DNA of 60,910 nt from Pseudomonadota bacterium (GTDB taxonomy: Bacteria > Desulfobacterota > Binatia > UBA12015), in assembly GCA_005777805.1 (NCBI GenBank), contig SXLG01000115.1:1-60910 (forward strand). The letters are read 5' to 3'. A program made the position numbers and the translations under genes. Position 1 is the first letter of the stretch. Every line of letters begins with the position of its first letter. Below are positions 36,895 through 44,049 of the stretch, piece after piece. The notes under the pieces are model-generated. The model saw only the letters and a list, made by a program, of their open reading frames with translations. It was not told where the DNA came from and searched no databases.

Positions 36895-38031
36895 ATGGGA
36901 CCACTCGAAGGTATTCGGATTCTCGAAATCGCGGGCATCGGGCCGGGGCCGTTCTGCGCGATGATGCTCGCGGACATGGGCGCGGATGTGCTGCGGCTGG
37001 ATCGTGCTGATCGGGTGCGCCCCGGCGCGGGTCCGAACCTCGACCTGCTCAACCGTGGCCGGCGCAGCGTTGGCGTCGATCTCAAGAAACCCGAGGGCGT
37101 GAAGCTGGTGCTCGATCTGGTGACGCGGGCCGACGGTCTGATCGAGGGTTTCCGGCCGGGGGTGATGGAGCGTCTCGGGCTGGGGCCGGAAGTCTGCCTC
37201 GCGCGTAATCCCGGGCTGGTCTTCGGGCGGATGACCGGCTTCGGTCAGGAGGGGCCGCTGGCGCAGGTGGCCGGGCACGACATCAACTACATCGCGCTGG
37301 CGGGCGCGCTTGACCCGATCGGTCGTCGCGGCGGCCCGCCGGTGCCCCCGCTCAATCTGGTGGGTGACTTCGGCGGCGGCGGGCTTCTGCTCGCCTTCGG
37401 CATGGCGTGCGCGCTGGTCGAGAGGCAACGTTCGGGGAAGGGACAGGTGGTCGACGCGGCCATGGTGGACGGTGCGGCGGTTCTGACGACGATGTTCCAC
37501 GCTTTCCGGAAGATGGGGATGTGGCAGGACGAGCGCGGCACCAACATGCTCGATTCGGGCGCCCATTTCTACGATGTCTACGAGTGCAGCGACGGCCGCT
37601 ACGTCTCCATCGGGTCGATCGAACCGCAGTTTTATGCGCGACTGCTCGAGGGTCTCGGCGATGAGGCGGCTGGGCTGCCCGCCCAGATGGATCGCGCGCG
37701 CTGGCCCGAGGGGCAGGAGATTCTGCGGCGGGTTTTCCGCCGCCGCACGAGGGGGGAATGGTGCGCTCTCTTCGAGGGCACGGACGCGTGCTTCGCGCCG
37801 GTGCTCTCGCTCGGCGAGGCGCCCGAGCATCCACACAACCGCGTGCGCGAGACCTTTGTCGAATTCGCTGGCGTGGTGCAGCCGGCGCCGGCACCCCGCT
37901 TCGACCGCACGCCGGGCGGGATCCGCAGCGCACCGGCGGCCGCCGGGCAGCACACCGACGAGGGACTTGCCGACTGGGGCATCGGCGACGAGGAACGCGG
38001 CCGCCTCCGCGCTGCGGGCGTGATCGCCTAG
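36895..38031 (+). CDS. CaiB/BaiF CoA-transferase family, alpha-methylacyl-CoA racemase-like
   Basis: GPLEGIRILEIAGIGPGPFCAMMLADMGA, EGFRPGVMERLGLGP, GHDINY, NLVGDFGGG (racemase His/Asp), PAPAPRF. Confidence 0.93.
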   Translation: MGPLEGIRILEIAGIGPGPFCAMMLADMGADVLRLDRADRVRPGAGPNLDLLNRGRRSVGVDLKKPEGVKLVLDLVTRADGLIEGFRPGVMERLGLGPEVCLARNPGLVFGRMTGFGQEGPLAQVAGHDINYIALAGALDPIGRRGGPPVPPLNLVGDFGGGGLLLAFGMACALVERQRSGKGQVVDAAMVDGAAVLTTMFHAFRKMGMWQDERGTNMLDSGAHFYDVYECSDGRYVSIGSIEPQFYARLLEGLGDEAAGLPAQMDRARWPEGQEILRRVFRRRTRGEWCALFEGTDACFAPVLSLGEAPEHPHNRVRETFVEFAGVVQPAPAPRFDRTPGGIRSAPAAAGQHTDEGLADWGIGDEERGRLRAAGVIA

Positions 38032-38180
38032 CGCGCGGCGCCGGCTCGCGAGTTCGCCGACGAGGCCGAGCAGGCTTCGGCCCGGGCTCAGCGCCCGCTG
38101 CGCGCCAAAGCAGGCATGCTCTTGCCCCTGTGCGCGCCGTTTGCGGCGGTCGGCAGGGGGGCCGTGCTAGATCCCGAGGC

Positions 38181-39092
38181 ATGTCTGTGCGCCGCCCCGC
38201 CACCGTGCTCTCGGGCTTCCTCGGCAGTGGCAAGACAACCCTGCTGAACCATCTGCTCGCGGCCAACCACGGCCTCCGGATCGCCGTGGTCGTGAACGAA
38301 TTCGGCGAGATCGGGATCGACGGCCGGCTGCTCTCGGGGGCGGCGCGCTTCGTCGAGCTCGATAATGGCTGCCTCTGCTGTGCCATCAATGAGGATTTGC
38401 GGCGCACCCTGCTCGAGCTGGCCGAGTTTGCCGGCATCGACCACGTCGTGGTGGAGACCACTGGACTTGCCGACCCGCTGCCGGTGGGCTGGACCTTCGC
38501 GCGGCCCGAACTCGACGAGCACTACCGGCTCGACGCGCTGGTCACGGTGGTGGACGCGGCCGGTTTCGCGCGCGCGGCCGCCGAGGTGCCGGAGGCCTCG
38601 CTCCAGGTCGAACGCGCCGACCTGCTGGTGCTGGGCAAGCTCGATCTGGTCGACGACGATGGCCGCGCCTGCGAGGTCGCCCTGCGTGCCCTGAATTCCG
38701 AGGCGCCGATCCTGCGCGGAACTCGGGGTGATGTGCCGTGGCAAGCTCTGCTCGAGGCCCCACTCGAGCGGCGACCCGAGCGCTCAGGGCGGCCGGCCGG
38801 GCACACCGCGGGGACCTCGTTCGAGAGCTTCAGCGCTCGCCCCGAGGGTTACGTCGACCCCGAGCGCGTCGAGGATCTGCTCGAAGCGCTGGGCGCGCGG
38901 GTGTGGCGCGTCAAGGGCCTCCTCGCGAGTGGCCCCGGTCAGCGGATTGCGGTGCATTCCGTCGCGGGCAGGATCGAGATCGAACCCGCTCCGGAATCGG
39001 CGGCCGTGGGGCCGACGGGCCTCGTGTTCATCGGCCGGGATCTGGCCAGGCTGGGCCTCGCCGAGGCCTGCCGGCGCCTCGTTCGATCCTGA
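38181..39092 (+). CDS. COG0523/CobW-family G3E metallochaperone GTPase
   Basis: GFLGSGKTTLL, VVNEFGEIGIDG, NGCLCC, VETTGLADP, GKLDL; C-terminal RVKG...VFIG. Confidence 0.93.
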   Translation: MSVRRPATVLSGFLGSGKTTLLNHLLAANHGLRIAVVVNEFGEIGIDGRLLSGAARFVELDNGCLCCAINEDLRRTLLELAEFAGIDHVVVETTGLADPLPVGWTFARPELDEHYRLDALVTVVDAAGFARAAAEVPEASLQVERADLLVLGKLDLVDDDGRACEVALRALNSEAPILRGTRGDVPWQALLEAPLERRPERSGRPAGHTAGTSFESFSARPEGYVDPERVEDLLEALGARVWRVKGLLASGPGQRIAVHSVAGRIEIEPAPESAAVGPTGLVFIGRDLARLGLAEACRRLVRS

Positions 39093-39285
39093 GGGCGCGC
39101 GCCAGCCGGCAACCGGGGCGCGGCCCCGAGGGAGGCGCCGGATGCGGCGCGCCGAGGCGATCAGCCGCACGGTCGTGCGGCTCGGAGTCCGCCAATGAAT
39201 TGCGGAGGAAGGGCGGCGGTGGTGTCGAGAGGCCCATCACCGCCGACCCCAATTTACACAGGAATCAAATATAACTCGCACTCTC

Positions 39286-40107
39286 TCAGCCCAGGAGCTG
39301 CAGGGCGAGCTGCGGCTGCTGGTTGGCCTGCGCCAGCACGGCGACGCCGGCCTGCTGGAGGATTGTCGCGCGTGTCAAGTTTGCGGTCTCCTCGGCGACG
39401 TCCGTATCACGGATACGAGCCTCGGCGGCGGCGAAGTTCTCGCGGGCAACGCGCAGGTTGGCGATGGCGGTGTTGAGCCGGCTTTCGATGGCGCCGAGTG
39501 TGCCGCGGCGCTGGGCGATGGTCTCGATCGCCGAGGTGATGAGCGCCAGCGACGACTGTGCGCTGTCCTGGCTCGACACGGCTACGCCCGAGATACCCAC
39601 GCCGCTCGCCGAGCCGTCGACCGTACTGAAGGCGATCCGGCTGTTGGTCGTGCTGTCGAGTCCGACCTGGAGCGAGATCGTGGTGCCGGCCGAGAGCAGA
39701 TTGACACCGTTGAAGGTGGTCGAGTTCGAGATGCGGTCGATTTCCGACACCAGTGCCGAGAACTCCTGCTGCAAGGCACTGCGCTGCGTGTTGCTGACCA
39801 GTCCGCTGGCGGATTGCTGCGAGAGTTCCGAGAGCCGGGTCAGGATATCGCCGACCTTGCCGAGCGCTTTCTCGCCGATCGAGATCGCCGAGATGCCGTC
39901 GTTGGCATTGCGGATCGCCTGACTGGCGACCCGAGTATCGGCGCGCAGCTTGTCGGCGATGGCCAGACCGGCGGCGTCGTCGGACGCCGAGTTGATGCGC
40001 AAGCCCGACGACAGTCGCTCGAAAGACTTGGCCAGTGATTCCCCCGAGATCGCCAGTTGCCGCTGGGCGTTCAGCGAGGGGGCGTTAGTATTGACGTTCA
40101 GTGCCAT
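39286..40107 (-). CDS. fliC: Flagellin, minimal 273-aa type (copy 1, monocistronic, sigma54-type promoter)
   Basis: INSASDDAAGLAIA, QAIRNANDGIS, TTFNGV.LL, RGTLGA.ESRL, RIRDTDVAEE, QQAG..VLAQANQ.PQ; GGAGGA SD. Confidence 0.97.
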   Translation of the reverse strand: MALNVNTNAPSLNAQRQLAISGESLAKSFERLSSGLRINSASDDAAGLAIADKLRADTRVASQAIRNANDGISAISIGEKALGKVGDILTRLSELSQQSASGLVSNTQRSALQQEFSALVSEIDRISNSTTFNGVNLLSAGTTISLQVGLDSTTNSRIAFSTVDGSASGVGISGVAVSSQDSAQSSLALITSAIETIAQRRGTLGAIESRLNTAIANLRVARENFAAAEARIRDTDVAEETANLTRATILQQAGVAVLAQANQQPQLALQLLG

Positions 40108-40181
40108 TCGTCCTGTTCCTCCGTGGGCCGGCGGTCCATCGCCGGCGGTTCCAAGGGGCGCCGTGCCCCGATCGGGCGGAG

Positions 40182-40198
40182 CGCAGGACTCGTGCCAG
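40182..40198 (-). promoter_or_regulatory. sigma54 (-24/-12) promoter for flagellin copy 1
   Basis: CTGGCACGAGTCCTGCG on the minus strand vs consensus YTGGCACGNNNNTTGCW, with exact GG-N10-GC spacing, ~75 nt upstream of the ATG. Confidence 0.75.
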
Positions 40199-40312
40199 CG
40201 TCAAAGCCTCACAAATAGGGGCCACGGACGCCGCGCGGTCATTGAAGGGGGGCCTGGGGGGCCTTGGCCGGGCAGGAATTTCCGCCCCCGGCAGGCGCAT
40301 GAGGGTTTTCCC

Positions 40313-40340
40313 TCAAGTTTGTCTCCCGTCGTGACGAATC
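40313..40340 (+). promoter_or_regulatory. sigma28 (FliA)-type promoter for flagellin copy 2 and the flaG operon
   Basis: TCAAGTTT-N12-GACGAATC vs TAAAGTTT-N11/12-GCCGATAA. Same geometry as the site at 48213. Confidence 0.6.
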
Positions 40341-40436
40341 CCGGAGCGAGACATCAACCGTCCCGGGCCACGTGCCGGGGCACAAAGCGAGCCCGGCATG
40401 GACGTCGGGCTCCGGAAGGACACGGAGGACAAAGAT

Positions 40437-41258
40437 ATGGCTCTCACGGTGAACACCAACGTGCCGTCACTCTCGGCACAGCGCCACCTGGCGACTTCCT
40501 CGAGCTCACTCGGACGATCGTTCGAGCGGCTCTCGTCAGGCTTGCGCATCAACTCGGCGTCCGACGACGCCGCCGGTCTGGCCATCGCGGACAAGCTGCG
40601 CTTCGACGTGCGGGTCGCCAGCCAGGCGATTCGTAACGCCAACGACGGCATCTCGGCGATCTCGGTCGGCGAGAAAGCGCTCGGCAAGGTCGGTGACATC
40701 GTCGCCCGGCTGGCCGAGTTGGCCGAGCAGTCGTCCAGTGGATTGGTCAGCAACAGCCAGCGCAGTGCCTTGCAGCAGGAGTTCACGGCACTGGTGTCCG
40801 AGATCGACCGCATCTCGAACACGACGACTTTCAACGGCGTCAGTCTGCTCTCGTCCGGCACGACCGTGAATCTCCAGGTCGGCCTCGATGGCACGACCAA
40901 TAGCCGGATCTCCTTCAGCACGGTCGACGGCTCGGCGAGCGGCATCGGCCTCAACGCCGTGGCGGTGTCGAGTCAGGACGCTGCCCAGTCGGCCATCACC
41001 TCGATCACGTCGGCGGTCGAGACCGTGGCTTCGCGCCGCGGTACCCTGGGTGCGGTCGAGAGCCGTCTCAACACGGCGATCTCGAACCTGCGTGTGGCTC
41101 GTGAAAACTTCGCCTCCGCCGAGTCGCGCATCCGCGACACCGACGTGGCCGAAGAGACCGCGAACCTGACGCGGGCCACCATTCTCCAGCAGGCGGGCGT
41201 GTCGGTTCTCGCTCAGGCGAACCAGCAGCCGCAGCTGGCCCTCTCGTTGCTGCGGTAG
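40437..41258 (+). CDS. fliC: Flagellin, minimal 273-aa type (copy 2, head of the flaG-fliD-fliS-fliT operon)
   Basis: Same flagellin motifs; 46 substitutions in 273 aa vs copy 1 by hand count (~83% identity); GGAGGA SD. Confidence 0.97.
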   Translation: MALTVNTNVPSLSAQRHLATSSSSLGRSFERLSSGLRINSASDDAAGLAIADKLRFDVRVASQAIRNANDGISAISVGEKALGKVGDIVARLAELAEQSSSGLVSNSQRSALQQEFTALVSEIDRISNTTTFNGVSLLSSGTTVNLQVGLDGTTNSRISFSTVDGSASGIGLNAVAVSSQDAAQSAITSITSAVETVASRRGTLGAVESRLNTAISNLRVARENFASAESRIRDTDVAEETANLTRATILQQAGVSVLAQANQQPQLALSLLR

Positions 41259-41265
41259 GCGTGAG

Positions 41266-41304
41266 GTCCGTGCCGGGGCGGTGACAGAACGCCCCGGCAC
41301 GGAC
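41266..41304 (+). terminator. 15-bp perfect hairpin between fliC and flaG (attenuator/mRNA stabiliser)
   Basis: GTCCGTGCCGGGGCG-GTGACAGAA-CGCCCCGGCACGGAC followed by TT. Confidence 0.7.
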
Positions 41305-41317
41305 TTGCGGCTGTCGC

Positions 41318-41689
41318 ATGATCGACATCAGAAAAGACGAGGCGTCGCCCGCCACCGGACCTGAGCCACCAGCGGTTCCACGCGAGCCGTTGGGGCGGGT
41401 GAGAACGCCAGAACCCAAGGCCCCGCCTGCGGCCGAGACTGCGGTCGCGGGCAGAGCCGCGGGTGCCGCGGAGCGTCTGGCGGAGTTGCGCGAGAGGCTC
41501 GCCCGGCTCCCTGGAGTCCCCGGACGTGAACTCGCGATCCGCGTCGAACCGGGCAGCCAACGCATCGTGATCGAGGTGCGAGACGCGGAAACAAAGGACG
41601 TGGTCCGGCAAATTCCGCCAGACGAAAAGCTGGCGCTGCTGCGGGAACTCGCCCCTGGTCCCGGCACGCTGGTGGACCGGGAGGGATAG
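41318..41689 (+). CDS. flaG: FlaG flagellar protein
   Basis: RELAIRVEPGSQRIVIEVRDAETKDVVRQIPP.E.L...G.LVD; sits between fliC and fliD. Confidence 0.9.
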   Translation: MIDIRKDEASPATGPEPPAVPREPLGRVRTPEPKAPPAAETAVAGRAAGAAERLAELRERLARLPGVPGRELAIRVEPGSQRIVIEVRDAETKDVVRQIPPDEKLALLRELAPGPGTLVDREG

Positions 41690-43063
41690 ATGGCGCTGAT
41701 CACTTTCGGCGGGCTGGCCACCGGGCTCGACACCAACTCGATGATCGACAAGCTGGTCGCGCTCGAGCGCCGGCGCTCGGTCGGCTTTCTCGAACTCGAG
41801 CAGGCCGAGAATCAGGCGACCCAGGCCGCGCTGGGCTCGTTCGAGTCGAAGCTCGCGTCGTTCCTCGCCGCGGTGAACGGACTCCGCGACGCGCAGAGCG
41901 CGTTCAGCCGCACGGCGACTTCGAGCGACACCGCTGTTCTCGCAAGCACCGCCGGCAGCGGCGCACTCAACGGCTCGACGACCATTACCGTCGGCGCCCT
42001 TGCCCGGGGCGCCATCGGCACCTCGGCGACCGGAGTCGCCACCAGCACCAGCACGATCGCCTCGGGCAGCGGCACCTTCCAGTTCCAGGTCGGTACGGGT
42101 GCCACGCAGAGCGTGGCCGTCAGCGCCACGACGACGCTGGAGGAGCTGGTCGCGGCGGTCAACGAACTCGATGCCGGCGTCACGGCTTCCGCCGTCAATG
42201 TCGGCACCTCGGCGGCCCCCGACTACCGGCTCCGCATGGCGACGACGGGAACCGGCACCTCCAACGCGCTCAGCATCCTCGCCGATCCGACCGCGATCGG
42301 CGTGACGGTGACGCAGGCCGCGACCAACGCGAGTGTCAGCGTGAGCGGTTTCGCGACGGCCTTCACGCGCGAGAGCAACGTGATCGGTGACATCATCCCC
42401 GGGGTCACGCTGGCGCTCAAGTCGACCGGGGGCCCGGTCGACGTCACGGTCAACACCAATGCCACGGCGATCGGCGACCGAGTCGATGCCGTGGTCAAGG
42501 CGTACAACGATATCGTGAGCTTCGTCGAAGAAAACAGCAGCGTCGAGCAGGACACCGCCAGTGATGAGGGCACCGTCACCGCCGGTCCGCTCGCCTTCGA
42601 CGGGACCGTGCGCTCGATCCTGAGCGGCCTGCGAACAAACCTGACCGGCGCACTCGAAGGTCTCTCGGGGTCGTACTCGCTGCTCGCGGAAGTCGGGGTG
42701 ACCTCGACCCAGAACGGCCGCCTCTCCTTCGATCGCGGTAAGCTCGAGGCCGCGCTGGCCGAGGATGAAGACGGTGTCCTCGAACTCTTCGCGGGTAGCC
42801 AATCGAGCAGTGGGCTCTTCGACGGGGTGCATGCCTGGGTGACCGAGATCACCGGTTCCGGTGGCCTCCTCGAAGCTCGTCAGGACGGCATCAAGTCGGT
42901 GCTCACGACGCTGGAGGAGCGCATCCAGGCCGGCGAACGTTCGGCCACCGCTTACGAAGGGGAGTTGCGCGCCACCTTCGCGAGTCTCGAGGTGCTGGTG
43001 AACAGCCTGCAGACACAGGGCTCCGTTCTGCTCGGAGCGCTGGGAGGACTCAAGACATCATGA
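41690..43063 (+). CDS. fliD: Flagellar filament cap protein
   Basis: ITFGGLATGLDTNSMIDKLVALE, SN...DIIPGVTL.L, VKAYNDI, L.EVGV...QNG.LSFD..KL..AL, F..LE.LV..LQ.QG. Confidence 0.93.
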   Translation: MALITFGGLATGLDTNSMIDKLVALERRRSVGFLELEQAENQATQAALGSFESKLASFLAAVNGLRDAQSAFSRTATSSDTAVLASTAGSGALNGSTTITVGALARGAIGTSATGVATSTSTIASGSGTFQFQVGTGATQSVAVSATTTLEELVAAVNELDAGVTASAVNVGTSAAPDYRLRMATTGTGTSNALSILADPTAIGVTVTQAATNASVSVSGFATAFTRESNVIGDIIPGVTLALKSTGGPVDVTVNTNATAIGDRVDAVVKAYNDIVSFVEENSSVEQDTASDEGTVTAGPLAFDGTVRSILSGLRTNLTGALEGLSGSYSLLAEVGVTSTQNGRLSFDRGKLEAALAEDEDGVLELFAGSQSSSGLFDGVHAWVTEITGSGGLLEARQDGIKSVLTTLEERIQAGERSATAYEGELRATFASLEVLVNSLQTQGSVLLGALGGLKTS

Positions 43064-43470
43064 CGGCGTACCAGGCGAGAGCCCGACAATATCAGGAAGT
43101 CGAGTTCAACACGGCCGATCGTGGACGGATCCTGCTGGCGATGTACGACGGCGGTCTGCGCTTCCTCGCGCTGGCGGAGCGCGGGCTCGAGGTCGGCGAT
43201 TACGAGGTCTTCGGGCACAACCTCGGCCGTGCTCAGGCGGTGGTCGCCGAGTTGCTGCACACGCTCGACCACGAGGCGGGTGGCGAGATCGCGGCGAATC
43301 TCGAGCGGCTCTATCGCTTCCTGCTCGAACACCTGGTCGAGGCCAACGTGCAGAAGAGCGCCCGCCACGTCGCGGATGCGCGCCGCATCTTCGGGATCAT
43401 CGGCGGGGCCTACCGTGAGATCCTGGCCAACGGGCTTCCGGCGGTGATGGGGGATCGCAGTGCAGCCTGA
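43060..43470 (+). CDS. fliS: Flagellin export chaperone
   Basis: Y.E....TA..GRILLAMYDGGLRFL, RAQAVV.EL..TLD.E.GGEIA.NL.RLY; ATGA overlap with fliD. Confidence 0.93.
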   Translation: MTAYQARARQYQEVEFNTADRGRILLAMYDGGLRFLALAERGLEVGDYEVFGHNLGRAQAVVAELLHTLDHEAGGEIAANLERLYRFLLEHLVEANVQKSARHVADARRIFGIIGGAYREILANGLPAVMGDRSAA

Positions 43471-43879
43471 CCAAGCCGCGATACGGGCCAGCGAGCGCTC
43501 GCTCGAACTCTGGCAGGATCTGGCCGAAGCGTATGGCGAGATCGAATTGGCACTCGTCAGCGGACGCCCCGAGGCCGTCACTATAAAGTGCCTGACGACA
43601 CGCATCATGACTCTCGAGCGCGAACTCCTGGGACTCCTGGGGCCGATCGCGGCCTGGCGCAGCGACCCCTCGGCGGGCGAGGAACTGACTGGCCTCTGGG
43701 CCAGCACGGATCAGATCATCGCGGATCTGAGCAAGCGCCATCCGGCGCTGGTCCGGGCGGCGGTCGTGGCGCGCGACGGAGTGGGGGAAGAGCTGCTGCG
43801 CGTCGGCGAGCGTCGCCGTACGGCGGCCGCCTATGGCCGAGGGTCCCGCCGGTCGGCTCTGGCGTCGCGCGTGGTCTAG
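43460..43879 (+). CDS. Helical flagellar chaperone, FliT/FlgN-like
   Basis: 139-aa helical sequence overlapping the end of fliS, in the position normally held by fliT. No strong motif. Confidence 0.55.
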   Translation: MQPDQAAIRASERSLELWQDLAEAYGEIELALVSGRPEAVTIKCLTTRIMTLERELLGLLGPIAAWRSDPSAGEELTGLWASTDQIIADLSKRHPALVRAAVVARDGVGEELLRVGERRRTAAAYGRGSRRSALASRVV

Positions 43880-44020
43880 GCTCGCGGCACGTGTTGCGGC
43901 CCGTGGACCGAGGGCCGGGGCCGCGCTCCACGGGCGTCGCACGCGGTGGTCAGGGCCGCTTCGCGTGGCCGGCATTCCTGACAGGGCCTCGGACGTGGCC
44001 TGCCCCGCGTGGGCCGCGCC

Positions 44021-44037
44021 GTGGCATCGGCATTGCT
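44021..44037 (+). promoter_or_regulatory. sigma54-type promoter upstream of the glycosyltransferase genes
   Basis: GTGGCATCGGCATTGCT with correct GG-N10-GC spacing. Confidence 0.6.
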
Positions 44038-44049
44038 CGACAGGGGCGT

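Noticed and set aside
36256-38031. 591-aa transposase-racemase fusion ORF
   Set aside because: The racemase has its own SD and canonical N-terminus at 36895. The upstream frame lacks a good start and is a decayed IS fragment.
39241-39285. AT-rich patch (TTTACA...TATAAC) downstream of flagellin 1
   Set aside because: The spacing is 11 bp, wrong for sigma70. It does not fit the IHF consensus and has no hairpin.
40108-40436. Hin/hix-like site-specific inversion system for the flagellins
   Set aside because: No recombinase gene in the window and no hix-like inverted sites seen. Only homologous recombination remains plausible.
41296-41308. GGCACGGACTTGC as a sigma54 promoter for flaG
   Set aside because: The GG-to-GC spacing is one base short, and the sequence is part of the hairpin arm.
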